DNA from: Eledone cirrhosa
Lineage: Eukaryota
Length of the DNA stretch: 64,000 nt
Assembly: GCA_964016885.1 (NCBI GenBank)
Contig: OZ024763.1
Span: 19,654,001 to 19,718,000 of the forward strand
Reading direction: 5' to 3'
The notes below the pieces were generated by a model, which saw only the letters and a list, made by a program, of their open reading frames with translations, was not told the origin of the DNA and made no database searches. Of this stretch, positions 36,583 to 50,253 are shown one piece after another. Each line of letters begins with the position of its first letter. The stretch's first letter is position 1. Made by a program: the position numbers and the translations under genes.

Positions 36583-39500
36583 CTACAGGCTGATATAGAG
36601 AGAAGACCCATTCACTCTGGCCATTCTCCCTACTTTCACCCACCTTTCATAAAACTTGTTCGGGTAGAGCACCTCTCTCTCCATTCTGATCCTTCTTTTA
36701 AAATGATATTTGAAAAAGGGGACCAGTTGTTGGCCGGAGAGAAAGGTGTCTGACCTCAGCCCTTTCAGCCTCGTCCACCATACAACTTTAGCCATGGCTA
36801 TCACACAGAGAAAAACCGCCTCTCCTTCGTTTTTGAAAGGGGAAGGCGGTTTGATCGTGACAATGGACTCGGCAGTGTACGAATGCGTGCACAACGGTTT
36901 CGTCGTCATGCACGCATCTCGGACAGATCTTATTCAAAGGATCCCTACCCAGGCTCCCATGTCTGTGGAGCTTGTCTCGAACGGGTAGAGCCCCTAGGTA
37001 GCACTGCCAAGCCAGGGACTTTTGGAAGTTGTCCATCGGTCCAGGGCCAAACGTCCTACCGAACAGACTGGCCAGTTCACCTTCCTCCATGCCTAGAGCT
37101 TCTCCGAGAGCATCGTCACACCTGCTGCGTACCAACCTTCTATAGAATGTCGAGGTGGAGTCTCCACTGATTGCCGGGTCCGCTTTCCAGAGGGCCGTGA
37201 GCGCCTGGGCACATTCAATGTGCCAGTCGCCCACTTTTCTCGGTCTTTGCTTGACCCAGGATTGCAGCTCGGTGAGCGAGACGAGTCTGGGAAAGGCTCG
37301 CTTCACAAACGGGGCCCACACCAGTTGACTGGAGAGGAATACCTGGAGGTGCCGTAGCCTTAATGCGTGTTTACGCATCTGTAGCCACGGCATCCCCAGC
37401 CCTCCTTTCGAAGGGTGTTGACAGCAGATGGATCTCCTCACCAACGGGGTCCACTTGTTCCAAAGAAATTGGAACAGCGCGCACTCCATTTTGGCGAGTC
37501 TTTTCACTGGGCAAGGCACGACGGTCAAGCGGTAGTAGATGACGGATGCTATATAAGTGTTCGCCACCTCCGCTCGACCTTTCAGTGATAGTTTGCAAAC
37601 ACCCTGGACGTTACTTCGTTCCAGTTTTTCTCCACCTGGAGGTCTGGTCCAAACCAGACCCCAAGCAGCTTCACCGGGCCCTCTGTCCAGCGTCCGACGA
37701 CGTCGTTGGAGGGCATCGGTTTGCCTCTCCATGTTCCGAGTTGCAAACCGACGGACTTGTCCCGGTTCAGCTTGGCTCCTGTAAACCTTTCATATTCCTC
37801 CAGTAAGGTGCCGATCTCACTGATTTGCGAGGTTTTCGACACCATTACTGTCACGTCATCGGCGTAGGCCGACGCCGCTTTCTGCAATCCCGGTTCCAAA
37901 GGGATGCCCTGCAACCGCTCTAACTTCCGCAGTAGTGGCTCAAGAGCCAGCACATACAGAAGGGAAGAGAGAGGGCATCCATGTCGGATGGATCGCATGA
38001 TTTGGAACGGCTCCGAGAGGTGGCCGTTCACCTTGACCCTTGAGCAGACGTTGCTGCTGTGCATCGCAGCAATCCAACCCCTGAAAACGGGTCCGAAGCC
38101 TGCCGCCGCGAGCACTGCATCCAGGTAACGATGGTCAGCTCTATCGAAAGCTTTAGGTTGATCCAAGTTGATCAGGGCCCCACCAAAGCCGGGTTCATTC
38201 CCTACCCTCTCTATGATGTATCGCATAAGGTGGAGATTGTCGTGAATGGACCTGGACGGGATTGCGCATGTCTGCGCTTCTCCCACCAGGTTTCTGACGA
38301 CAAGCGCCAACCTCTTCACTAACACCTTGGCCAAAATCTTTAACTATGTATTTAGCAGAGTTATGGGCCTGAAGTTACTTATGTCATCCCCCTTGTTCTC
38401 GTCCTTCCTCACCAGCGTAACTACGCCCTTGGTCACAGAACTGGGAATTCTCCCGTTCTGCTGCCAGTTGCAGTAGACCGCTTCGAGGATATCGGAGAAC
38501 AAGTCCGGCATCGCTACATATAGCTCGTATGGTAGACCATCGAGACCTGGGGATTTGCGTTTGCGCATTGGCTCAGCACCGCCTCTATCTCAGCAGCTGA
38601 AATCGGCCTTTCGCAGGACTCCGCGTCCGAGAGGCACGGCAGACCGTTGAGGTATGGATTGAAATCCATAGTCTCAGCCGGCGCACCGCCCCTCTCGAAC
38701 AGTCGTGCAAAGTGCCACTGAAAGGCCGCACACATCTGCCCAGGTTCAAGGATCACACGCCCATCCTGGTCCTTCAAAGACCGAATCGTGGACTTGTTCC
38801 CACTTTTTGCCTCTGTCACTCGGGCCCAGCTAACAGCTTTGGCTCCCTCATTACCCAGAGCACGTATTTTACTCCTGACAACGCAGCCCTCGTGCTTCAC
38901 ATCAAAGAACTGGTCTAAGGCCATTCTTGATGCCAGCACGCTGGCTACATTGCCACTCCTAATCACCTCTTCTACTCTATCTACTAATTTCCTTTCCGTC
39001 TTGTTCTTATCCCTTGCTAATTCCTGACTAAAACCTATCGATTCTATTCTAATTTCTCTCTTAAGAGAGCTCCACCACCTGTTGTTGACAATTGCCCCTG
39101 TCAAACACTGCTTAACTAACGTGCTAATCCGTTTACTGTAAGCTTTGCTTGTCGGTAAGGACAAGTTCAGCTTCCAGTAACTGGGTCCCTGTCTATGGGT
39201 TCTATCAAGGTTGACTATGCAGGTCAGTAACTTGTGATCTGAATAGTCAACCATGAACATTTTTGGACAGCTAAATGTGTCCCTATCCTTATCTCTAACT
39301 AGGACCCTATCTAGGTACGACCTAGATGTTCCGCTGCGATTGGTCCACGTCCATAGTGGTACAGTCGGAAAATCTAGTCGATATCTATCGGCCAGGTCAA
39401 ATCGGCCGATTAACCTTTTGAGGCTTTTACACCCCCCTCTATTGGCACATGCCCCTACATAGTCCCAACGTGCATCCAGGATATCATTCCAGTCCCCCAC

Positions 39501-39906
39501 TAAAAGCAAGGAGCGGGACGTTCCCAGAAAAGTTTCCAGACGTTGGAAGTAGTCCAGCCGTGCTGCCCAATTACACAGCAATTAGTCTAAGGGCTCCCCT
39601 TTCACTACTGCCGATGTCTAAAACCACCAGTCGACCCTCCGGGTCCAGGTGCACCTTCTGTATGGTTAGGCCCAGGTGTTTTCGCAACAGAACGACAACT
39701 CCACCCCCACCCCCCGGTTGACAGAGAGATGCGAAGATCTCAAAGTCGTCGAAGAGGGGCGCCAGTTGGCGCTCGCTGCTGATCCTGGACTTGCAAATAG
39801 CCATTACATCCATTCTATGCGACCTGAGATCGTTTAAAAGTTTGCCTTGTTTCCAAGACAGTCCCAGGCCGCGTACATTCAGACACCCAACTCTTATATC
39901 AGCCAT
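36583..39906 (-). pseudogene. LINE ORF2 (APE endonuclease + RT + C-terminal zinc finger), frameshifted
   Basis: CLNVRGL, GDWN, LDRVL, SDHK; KSPGLDG, FRPITLLN, LDQPKAFD, HGCPLS, AYADD, LLGV; CPRC...ETVVHAF. Confidence 0.93.
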
Positions 39907-40329
39907 GTTGGTTAAAAGAGGAAGGACCTACCTGTTCGGCTCCTGAGGAGCAGGTTGCACAATATCCATGGGCGTATTGGAGGGGTTGTTTGGTGGGGTG
40001 TTGTTCTGTGGTGGGGTAGGGGTGTTTGGTGAGGTGTGGGTGGGGAAACGTTTCAAGAGGACGCGGTTATAGGGTCAAGTACATGTTTTCCCCACGTCCT
40101 CAGGAAAGTTCTCTCTTAGTTTTGCGTAGGTGTCCATTGGGAGTCTTATCATTTTTAAATGCGGTTTGTTGGCCGCGCTTGCAAAGAATTGCCCTTCAGT
40201 TTCCACCGAAGGGTCTTTGTGTATTGTTTTTACTAGTTCTTTGTTATTTGTGTTAATGTATGTATACTGTTTTATTTGTGTTGTTTGTTTGTTGTTCTTG
40301 TGTGTGCTTGCGTTTTGTTGTATGTGTTA

Positions 40330-41690
40330 TGTTTTGGGTGGGGTGGATTTTGTTTGTTCTGTTTGTTTTGTTTTTGTTGGTGGTTGTGTGTTTGTTTCAT
40401 TTATGTTCGTATGGTGTTTTCTTTTTTTTCTTTTTACAGGTTGGAAGGGTTCCCCCTCTTTGTCACTAGGTGCCGTTTCAGCTGGGTCCTCGTCCGTGCT
40501 GTCGGGTAGTGGTGTATTTTGGGGTTTTGTTGTGTTTGTGTGTGTTTTTGGAGTTGTTTTGGGTGGGACCGTGTCTTGTGTTATTTTTCCGTGTTGTTTT
40601 TGTTGTTGTTGTTGTTGTTTTTGTTGTAGTGGTGGTGGTGGTAGTGGTGTTGGTGGTGGTGTGTGGGGTGTAGGCAAAAGAGCCTTTTTTTTGTCAATTG
40701 AGGACAGGCAGCCCTTAGATGACCCCTGCTTGAACAGTAGTAACATATGGGCCTCCCACCCTCGGCTGATATGTATATAAATGTTTCTCCATCAAGGGAT
40801 ACCCTCTGTGATATTCTAGCTATTCGTTCTGGTCTCATTTGGACCAGAACCTCCACGCTCAAACCACCGAAAACGTCTGTGGTGACTTCTCCTACTGAGA
40901 GGATTCCGTCCTCGTCTTCTAAAAATCCTGTTAGTACCCAGGAAATGCATGCATTTGGCCGGATTCCGGAGACTCTTATTTTCTGCGTTCTTTTCCCCAA
41001 ATATGTGGGGAAAAATGTGTGTAGCTTGGAAACAATTGGCGCCACAGAGTATTTCCTGGCCGTCAATTGATCCTTCATTAGCACCGTTATATTCCCATAG
41101 AGTGGCCCTTTTTGTATGAACGATATATCACTCCACACATTTTTTTAGGACCAGCTCAATTTCTTTTTGGGATAATTGAGCTGCTTTCCTTGTTATGTTG
41201 GAAATTGTTCTGAAAGATATCGTTCTTAGTGTCGTGTCTCTTTTGATTTCTTGTGGGGAGGTGATTGTGAAGTCTCCTCCTTCTTTGAAAGTTACATACT
41301 GTTTTGCTTCCTTCATCTTTTCTCTGAGTTGTAATGTCCAGTTGCTTGCAGGTCTGTGTTTTTCGGACCGCCTGTGCAAAGGAGGCACCAGTAGTAGGTT
41401 CGCTTTGTTTGGTGTTATCGTTATTTTTTCCCCTTTTTTCTTGGTTGGTGTTGTGACTATTGCTGTTGTTGGTCGTGCTGTTATTGTCATTGTTGTTTTT
41501 GTCTGCGTTTATGTGACTTTCTGGGTTTTCACCCATTTTTACAAATTTTTCTTTTAATTCCGTGTTCCATGTTTCTTTTGCAGAAGTGAGGAGGGAAGAC
41601 TTAGAGCATTGTGCTACTAGCTTCTCTGTATCACCTTTCTTAGGGGGCGTGGCTTTCTCGTTAGGATGAGATGTGAAAATTCCGTCCATT
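40330..41690 (-). pseudogene. LINE ORF1 (gag-like, CCHC zinc knuckle), frameshifted
   Basis: RPICYYCSSRGHLRAACP; low-complexity P/T/K-rich tail. Confidence 0.75.
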
Positions 41691-42179
41691 CCTATCAGTT
41701 TGCCGTAATAAATATTTAAGTGTAAAATTCGCCCCCAAAAGGGGCGAAAATAAATAAACTCAAAGTCTGACGACCCAGGCAAGGGGTTAACATATAATAC
41801 AGTACAAAAACAATAAATCAAAACTCACTTTTGAGTAGGTAAATCCAACTCGGTAGCCGAGCTTGTTAACACACGTCAACACACGTCTCTCGTATACGAG
41901 ATGTTATGTGAGATATTATGTGAGGTAAAGCCTTTACCATGGAAATATATTAGTATATATAGAGTAATGTAAATGTTATGTGAGATATTACGTGAGATAA
42001 AGCCTTTACTATGAAAATATATTAGTATATATAGAGTAATGTAAATGTTATGTGAGATAATTATGTGAGGTAAAGCCTTTACCATGGAAATATATTAGTA
42101 TATATAGAGTAATGTAAATGCTAAAGAACTAAAGAAGATTAATTGTGACTGGAATGCTACCACATAAAATAAAATTTCA

Positions 42180-42905
42180 CCGGAGATAGATTCTCTTGTG
42201 ACACTAAACTCCGCCAGTTGCAGACTGCTCATTAACATGTGATATCTCTCTCCACAAAGTTCGATCACCAGCAGCAGAGTTCAAAGAGAAAAGATCAAGT
42301 CCAGTCCATAAATTGACATTATCAAGACATCATTTTGGTTGCCGGCCTCTGCCTCTCTTCCCAGCGAACCTTCCTTCTAGGCATAACCTACTCACACCGC
42401 GAGTTGATCTTTTTATATGGCCGTATAGTTTGAGTACTATTGACTTGACAATTGATGTAATTGGTCTAAGTTTGGTTCTGTTGAGTAGCTCACTGATACA
42501 GATATAGTCGCTGAGCTGCTTGCCAGTCATAAGTCTCATGATGTGGTTCTGGAATGTAGAGAGCTTCTGAAGTGACCTTGTCGTCCAATTAACACAGTCA
42601 AGACCATACAACTGGTAGGATGTAAATATCAAAGATCTTAGCCTTCAAACGATAGGAAACTCGTTTTGATGTTAGTACTTCCTTGTTCTTGTTGAAAGCT
42701 GCCCAACCTAGAACGATGCGATATTGCGTAGCAACCATTCCATTGTTGTTTGATGATAGTTTGTGACCAAGATATACAAACTCCATAACTTGAGCAATTT
42801 GCTGGTTTTATATTGTGAGTTGGAGATTGGCATTGTTTTTATCAGTTGTCATACACTTTGTTTTGGAGATGTTAATGTGTAGGCCAGCTTCCAGTGAATG
42901 TTTGG
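42180..42905 (-). mobile_element. Second RTE-clade family, 3' fragment
   Basis: EFVYLG...GWAAF...ILPV..YG...KLYGHIKR...EGRFAGKRGRGR. Confidence 0.85.
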
Positions 42906-43062
42906 CCTGTACATTCAGAAAGATTAGCAAAATTTAACAAGCAGGGATTAAGGTGTTGAATGAATCTGAAAACTTAATAGGTGGTGAGGGGGCAATATTC
43001 GAAACCCGAGAGTACACCTCTTGTGTGTCCAATATTTACATTGTGTACACCATATAGAATAT

Positions 43063-46000
43063 CTACTTTCTCCTTTTCAACATGTCAAGCAAGGCCACAT
43101 CCCTGAAAGGAGCAGAGTTTTGTTTCACAATAGAACACACCCAGTAACCTCTGTAAAGCGGTAGTGCTGGTGCTGTGACAAAATGCACCCAATACACTCT
43201 GTAAAATGGTAATGTTGGTGCCATGATAAAATACACCCAGTACACTCTGTAAAGTGGTAGTGCTGGTGCCATGATAAAATACACCCAGTAACCTCTGTAA
43301 AGTGGTAGTGTTGGTACCATGATAAAATACATCCAGTACACTCTGTAAAGCGGTAGTGTTGGTACCATGATAAAATACACCCAGTACACTCAGTAAAGCG
43401 GTAGTGTTGGTACCATGATAAAATACACCCAGTACACTCTGTAAAGTGGTAGTGTTGGTACCATGATAAAATACACCCAGTACTCTCTCTAATATGGTAG
43501 TGCTGGTGCCATGATAAAATACACCCAGTACACTCTGTAAAGTGGTAGTGCTGGTACCATGATAAAATACACCCAGTACACTCTATAATGTGGTAGTGCT
43601 GGTGCCATGATAAAATGCTCCCAGACCACTCAGTAAAGTGGTAACTGGTGTCACAATAAAATAGACGCACTCTGTAAACTGGTAGTGCTTGTGCCATGAT
43701 AACATACACCCAGGTCACTCTGTAAAGTGGTAGTACTGGTGCCACAATAAAATACACCCAGCCCACTCTGTGAAGTGTTAGTGCTGGTGTCATAATAAAA
43801 TACACCCAGCCCATTATGTGAAATGTTAGTGCTGGTGTCATAATAAAATACACCCAGTACACTCTGTAAGGTGGTAGTGATGGTGTCATAATAAAATACA
43901 CCCAGCCCACACTGAAGTGTTAGTGTTGGTGTCATAATAAAATACACCCAGTCCACACTGTGAAGTGTTAGTGCTGCATAATAAAATACACCCAGTCCAC
44001 ACTGCAATGGCAGTTATGGTACCATGATAAAATGCTGCCATTACATAGTGTGAAGTGGTTTGGGTTTAGGAAGGGCAGCCAGCTGTCGAACCCATGCCAA
44101 AATGGTTTCTAAGTATGAGCATGTCACAGTCATCTGACCTGACACCTGTCTAGTCTCAGAACATGACAATCTGTCTAACCCATGCAAGCATGGAAAATAA
44201 CTATAGACTGATGATGATATATACACAGATACATACACATGTATATACATATATACACATACATACACATGCATACACACACATACATATACATGCACAC
44301 ACATATATACACACACACATACATACATATATATACATACATACACATAGATTCACATGCGCATACATACACACACATACATACACAAACATATACCAAC
44401 ACACATGTATATACACACATGTACACTGTACACGCACATTTTGTCTATTGAGGTCAGAAAGCAATTTCCTGTGACTAGGGAAAAGCTGGTTCCATGTTTG
44501 ATAGGTGGACTGTTAGAGGTGGTGGTGGTGGGAAGAGGGTGGGTTGTGAGAGGTGGTGGGAAGAGGGTGGCCTGTTAGAGGTGGTGGTGGTGGGAAGAGG
44601 GTGGGTTGTTAGAGGTGGTGGGTAGAGGGTGGACTGTTAGAGGTGGTGGGCTGGGGAGAGAGTGGACTGTTAGAGGTGGTGGTGGTGGGAAGAGGGTGGC
44701 TTGTTAGAGGTGGTGGGCAGAGGGTGGACTGTTAGAGGTGGTGGGCTGGGGAGAGGGTGGATTGTTAGAGGGGGCGGGGTGGGGGGGGACTGTTAGAGGT
44801 GGGGGGTGGGGAGAGGGTGGATTGTTAGAGGTGGTGGTGGTAGTGGGGAGAGGGTGGACTGTTAGAGGTGGTGATGGTGGGAGAGGGTGTACTGTTAGAG
44901 GTGGGGGGGGTACTGTTGGAGGTGGTGGTGGGGAGAGTGTAGACTGTTAGAGGTAGGGAGGGGTGATGGTGGGGGAGAGTGGTGGTGGTGGTGAGTGTAT
45001 ACTGTTAGAGGTGGTGGTGGGGAGAGTGTAGACTGTTAGAGGTAGGGAGGTGGTGGTGGAAGATAGAGACGATGTGTGGGGAAAGAGGTGTGGTGGGGGA
45101 GGGAGTGTGTATACTGTTAAAGGTAGAAGGTGGTGGAGCAGGAAGTGTAATGCAGTGATGAGGGAGATGGAGCTGGTGTGTTCTGTGTAGGAGAGGGGGA
45201 GGGGGATTGTATACTGCTAACGGTGGGTGGAGAAATATGGGGTGGGAGTGTATACTGTGAAGGAGAGGTGGTAGATGGGATGTGGGGGGGGGGCTAATAA
45301 AGTTACTCAGGTAACAATATTTCAGGTACTGACAGGTTTCAGGAATCTGGATGGCTGAGTGGTTGTAGTGGTGGTGGTGGTGGTGGTGGTGCTGGTTGTA
45401 GTGGTGGTGGTGGTGCTGGTTGTAGTGGTGGTGGTGCTGGTTGTAGTGGTGGTGGTGGTGCTGGTTGTAGTGGTGGTGGTGGTGGTGGTTGTAGTGGTGG
45501 TGGTGGTGCTGGTTGTAGTGGTGGTGGTGGTGCTGGTTGTGGTGGTGGTGGTGGTGGTGGTGGTTGTAGTGGTGGTGGTGGTGCTGGTTGTAGTGGTGGT
45601 GGTGCTGGTTGTAGTGGTGGTGGTGGTGCTGGTTGTAGTGGTGGTGGTGGTGGTGGTGGTGGTTGTAGTGGTGGTGGTGGTGCTGGTTGTAGTGGTGGTG
45701 GTGGTGCTGGTTGTGGTGGTGGTGGTGGTGGTGGTGGTTGTAGTGGTGGTGGTGGTGCTGGTTGTAGTGGTGGTGGTGGTGGGGGTGGTTGTAGTGGTGG
45801 TGGTGGTGGTGGGGGTTGTAGTGGTGGTGGTGGTGGTTGTAGTGGTGGTGGTGGTGGTGGTTGTAGTGGTGGTGGTGGTGGTTGCAGTGGTGGTTGTAGT
45901 GGGAGTGGTGGTGGTGGTGGTGGTGGTGCTGGTTGTAGTGGTGGTGATTGCAGTGGTGGTGGTGGTGGTGGTTGTAGTGGGAGTGGTGGTGGTGGTGCTG

Positions 46001-46316
46001 GTTGTAGTGGTGGTGGTGGTGGTGATTGCAGTGGTGGTGGTGGTGGTGGTTGTAGTGGTGGTGGTGGTGGTGGTGATGGTGGTAGTGGGAGTGGTGGTGG
46101 TGGTGGTGTGGTTGTGGTGGTGGTTGTGGTGGTGGTTGTAGTGGTGGGGGTGGGGGTGGTGTTTGTTTAGGAACCCCTACCTTTCTTTCCCAAACTAACA
46201 CACGCTAACACACACATTAGCACGCACACACATTAACACACACACACACCCCTATTTCCTGCTAGCACCCTGCTCTTCCACTCCAGGGGTTTCAGCCATT
46301 GTGGGAGGTACAACAT
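43063..46316 (-). CDS. Candidate nested antisense 4-exon ORF (46316-46250, 45354-45307, 44474-44438, 43102-43063), 63 aa, unknown product
   Basis: All GT-AG junctions; intron phases 1,1,2 join into one open frame MLYLPQWLKPLEWKSRVLAGNRAIQIPETCQYLKYCYLITGNCFLTSIDKMDVALLDMLKRRK*. Confidence 0.4.
43130..44215 (+). repeat. Diverged 48-bp array (~19 units) of RTE-UTR type plus RTE tail
   Basis: Unit atacacccagtacactctgtaaagtggtagtgctggtgccatgataaa. Confidence 0.88.
44505..46160. repeat. G-rich minisatellite (gactgttagaggtggtgg...) and (GTG)n tract
   Basis: Direct inspection; strong G/C strand skew. Confidence 0.88.
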
Positions 46317-46903
46317 CCTACAGATAGATTATTTAGGTGTGTTGGTATATTGTCTTGGTTCATAAGGCAGGAAAACTACTACTATTACTACTACTACTAC
46401 TGCTACTACTACTACTACTACTACTATCACTACTATTACCATCACTACTACTACTACTACTATCACTGCTACTACTACTACTACTACTACCACTACTACT
46501 ACTACCATTAGCACCACCACACCACCACTACTACTATCGCCACAACAACTACTGCTACTACCACCATTTATCGGCCACTGTTTATTGTCCATTTTTCCAT
46601 GCTAGCATGGGTTAGACGAGTTGTCCTATCATGAGAGAAGCCAGATCAGATGACCAGGTCTTGCTCATACAGAACTGATTCTAGCTTGATTTCTACAGCT
46701 GGATACCCTTCCTAACACCAACCTCATTTACAGTGCGTGCTGGGTGCTGTTTGTTGTGATACTTACATGACCACTTTACAGTTTATATAAATATATATAT
46801 ATTTATAAACGTTTGTATATGTATAATAAAGCCAAAACAATGCAGGTATGGACATAGAATAAAGAATGCAAATGCAAAAGATATTGTTGACAATTTGTCT
46901 TTT

Positions 46904-46960
46904 ACCTTAGATTTATTTAAATGTCCTAAATTTTCGAGATAATATCTCTTCTTCAGAGGG
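46904..46960 (-). ncRNA. Degenerate hammerhead motif in the Penelope pLTR
   Basis: Minus strand: cct CTGAAGA a-gagat-att-atctc GAAA attta...taaat CT A agg. Confidence 0.5.
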
Positions 46961-47368
46961 AATAAAGTTGTCAAACCAGTGTTCTAAAAAGCTTTCCAAG
47001 TCATGCTGACAGGAAATGGTATAGAGTATCTGTTCTATCTCTAATTTCAAAGAGTTAAGATTAGGTGGATAAAGAGTAGTCTCCCTTTAAGAGGGGTTTG
47101 TTTGTGTGTTTTTTTTGTTTTTTTTTTTTTTTTGTTTTTTTGTTTTTTTGTTTTTTTGTACTTGCCTGTTTAAGTGTGTGGGAGAATGCATGAAGGTGTA
47201 AGTACGTGAGTGTGTGAGTGTGAGAAGATATGTCTATACGTAAAAGTGGGGGATAGATGTTATCTCGTGTTAGAACAGGTTTAGTGTGTGTATGTGTGAG
47301 AGAGAATAAGTGGAGGTGTAATCGTGTGTGTGTGTGGGGTGTGTGTAAATATGGGGCTAGGAGCTCTA

Positions 47369-49800
47369 TCAAGTTATAAATTGGGTGTTGAGTTCTAGTC
47401 TATTATTAATTGGTGGTTGTGTTTTGTCTATAATTAGTGCTTCCTTAATTCTAAGATTGCCAAGGTTTCTTTCCTTAGTTTCTATCCTAACTGTTATGGT
47501 TTTATCGGTGTTTTTGCATTTAACTAGGTGTTTCTTAAATGAGGAAGCGTTAGTATTGAGGTGTTCTTTTATTCTTATGTGGAGTGGTCTGGTGGTGCTA
47601 CCTACGTAGAAGTTGTTGCATTTGTCACACTCTAGTCTGTAGACTACGTAAGCCTGGTGGCATAGGTCTGTGTCGTTGATGGGCAGTTGGCTAGTCTGCA
47701 GCAGTTGTCGTGTCTGGTGGAGTGTCTCTTGGTTAGCTGACCGCGTAGAGAAAGACCTGAGTGGGCCAGTTGGATATCTAGTCCCTCTCGTCTGATAGCT
47801 CTGCGGATGGCTGTTGTTGTTTCTTCACTGAAGTGTGGGAGCTTCAGGAAGCAAGTGTTAGTGCCTCGGGTGTGGTGTCCTCTGTTCTTTCTGGCACGGT
47901 TTGTGGTGGATGTCGTGTATCCGTTCAGTTTGAGTACTTCCAGGAAATGTGTGGTGTGTGTGTCTCGGTCTCTAGCGTCGGTGCATTTGTTCCGGATACG
48001 TGCCAGTATGTATCCGAACTTGGCACCGAGTGGGAGGGCCGATCTGAAATGTACGAACAGGTCCCTGCTAGCGGCTTTTTTATAGAAGCAGGTGTGGATG
48101 TTGCCTTCCTCTGTTACCCTGAGTTGGAAGTCCAGCAGGGATAGGGATCCGCGGTCATCGGGGTGTTCCATGCTGAACTTTATACAGGCGTCCATGCTGG
48201 AGAATGTTGTGTATATTTTATCTGCCTCCTCACGGGATGATGTAAGGATGAGTATGTCATCTACATATCGGGTGAAGAAGGTATGGGAATGGCAGGTGTT
48301 GAGGGCTCAGCATTCTAGCTGGTTCATGTAGGTGATGGCCAGCAGGCCCGATAGGCTGGATCCCATGGGTAATCCTGTTGTCTGTCTGTATGTGTGGTGG
48401 TGGAAGGTGAAGTACGTGTTTACTGTGAAGGACAAAAGCTGGTGTATGTCCGTCGGATGGAGGCCGTAGCAGTGGATGTCCTCTGCGACCACGCAGTCCG
48501 TCAATAAATCGACAGCTGGATGAGCGGGGACTGTAGTGTAGAGGGAGACAACGTCGAGGCTAAAGGCGTAACTATTTAGTTTAAGTTGTTCTGGCTGGAG
48601 TTGGTGTAGTCTATGTATAACTTCGTCGGAGCTACTGACATGTCCGGGGAAGGTGGAGAGTAGAGGCTTGAGGACCTGGGAGAGGAGCCAGGAAATTTTG
48701 TATAGGGGTCCTTCTATGCTAGAGACGATGGGTCTTATTTGCGTATTAGTGCTATTCTTGTGGGTCTTGATGAGGTGGTAGAAAGTGGGCAGTCTGCTAT
48801 TTCTAGTGGTGTAGTTGAGCTTAACTTTATTAGGGAGTTGTCTTCTCCTACAGATATCGAACCAGATGGAGTTGGTCTGTTTTTCGATCTGGGCTGCAGT
48901 CTTGTCCGGGATCTCTGTATATAGTTCATTGTCGCTTAGGTGTTCAAAGGCTAGGTTGTTGTATGTGGCTTGAGAGATGACGCAAAACTCTTTACCTTTG
49001 TCGGATGGTAAGTATATAAGTTCCCTATTCCGTAGGTTCTTCAGGGCGAGGTGTTGTGTCCTGGAGAGGTTTGGGGCTATCTTCTTCTGTTTCCGTAAGA
49101 TGTTAAATACGGAATGTTTTAGCCTCGAGAGTTTTTCTTCAAGCTCGCGGTTGGCAGGCGGTAGACAGAGTGGGCGATCCAGTTGGTATATCGGGAATCT
49201 GGGTTTGATAGATTCCGTGGTGTTGTTGCCGAGAGTCGATATCCATTTTAGTTGGTAGGCAGCCCGACAGAAATTCGTTTCTATGTCGAGCCATAATTTG
49301 TCGTCCAGTCTCTGTTTCAATATGAACTTGGGGCCCAGGCTGAGGAGGTCTAATTCCTCTCGGGAGAGGGATCCTGTCAAGTCTGTGACGAGGTGTTTTG
49401 CGTCAGGTGTGTTGTTGGTCGGGGCGCCGCTAGGTTCGGTGTTGGTACCATCTTGTTCGCCTCTGTTGGTGTTTAGAGTTGGGATGTTGTTAAGACAGTT
49501 GGCCGTCCTGAGTTTGAGAAATTTTTGCGTTAGACGTATTTTCTCGTAGTCTCGGCGATGGTGGTATGACCTGTCTATAGTGGCGGAGATGACTCTGGAC
49601 AGAGGTTCTGGGGTTTCAGCGAGTTGTGGTACAAGGCTGGAAATAGTCCGTATGTGTTGTTGTAGCGTGCGGTGTAGGTGTTGTATGAGTTTTCTTAGGC
49701 AGAATGTTTGTATGTAACTAAGTGATCGTTTGAGGCCTGGTGATTTGAAGCATGTTGGTAGGTGCAAATTTTTGATAGATTTGGGGATGATGTTGTCATA
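47369..49800 (-). pseudogene. Penelope RT/GIY-YIG polyprotein, disrupted
   Basis: LLSLGPKF, PSDKG, KTHK...RPIVS, SLDVVSLYT, GLPMGSSLS, RYVDDIL, VYRLECDKCNNFYVGSTTR...RIKEH, IKEALII...PPIN. Confidence 0.93.
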
Positions 49801-49908
49801 TACATATTTATATATATATGTTTATGAGTGCTTTGCTAACTCATTCATATTGTAGGTCGACTTTGCTTGCTCACAGCCAAAGCTTCGATTTTACTAAGCT
49901 TCCACATG

Positions 49909-49947
<39 letters not shown>

Positions 49948-49951
<4 letters not shown>

Positions 49952-50253
49952 CAGGAGGCTGCACTGGTGTAATTCCTTAAAAGGTTTATTATACTCTGAT
50001 TATTTCAGTGACCAGGTTCAGTATGAATCCGGTGACATCATCAGGTATTCAAAATTTAACAAAGGAATATAATAGACAAAATCCAGGGGGCTGAGACCGG
50101 AGGGCAGCCGAATATTTACCAGTTTCTAGCCCGGTCAGCCGTTAAATTTTGAATACCTGATGATGTCACCGGATTCATACTGAACCTGGTCACTGAAATA
50201 ATCATAGTATAATAAACCTTTTAAGGAATTACACCAGTCCAGCCTCCTGTTAT
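49948..50253. repeat. Inverted repeat (~112-bp arms, 80-bp spacer), each arm carrying a hammerhead-like motif
   Basis: 49948-50060 is reverse-complementary to 50141-50253. Confidence 0.92.
50153..50210 (+). ncRNA. Type I hammerhead-like motif with long stem II
   Basis: atac CTGATGA t-gtcaccggattca-tac-tgaacctggtcac-t GAA ATAATCAT A gtat; mutated mirror copy at 49991-50048 (-). Confidence 0.55.

Larger units (their letters stand above)
36349..41895 (-). mobile_element. Near full-length Tx1/L1-clade LINE (~5.5 kb), defective
   Basis: ORF1 with CCHC knuckle, ORF2 APE-RT-zinc finger, 3' aataaagaaa end. Confidence 0.93.
36072..42125. mobile_element. piggyBac-like MITE with internal 72-bp repeats, split by the Tx1 LINE
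   Basis: MITE left part 36072-36350; right part ~41898-42125 ending gtaaatgctaaag. Confidence 0.75.
46800..49805 (-). mobile_element. Penelope-like retroelement (RT + GIY-YIG) with 3' pLTR
   Basis: Protein motifs listed in the pseudogene entry; hammerhead-like motif in the downstream pLTR. Confidence 0.93.

Noticed and set aside
44505-45060. Interstitial telomeric repeat
   Set aside because: TTAGAGG occurs singly within longer units; no tandem TTAGGG
45005-46201. Histidine-rich protein ORF
   Set aside because: (CAC)n simple repeat; only the short unique island at 45307-45354 is considered exonic
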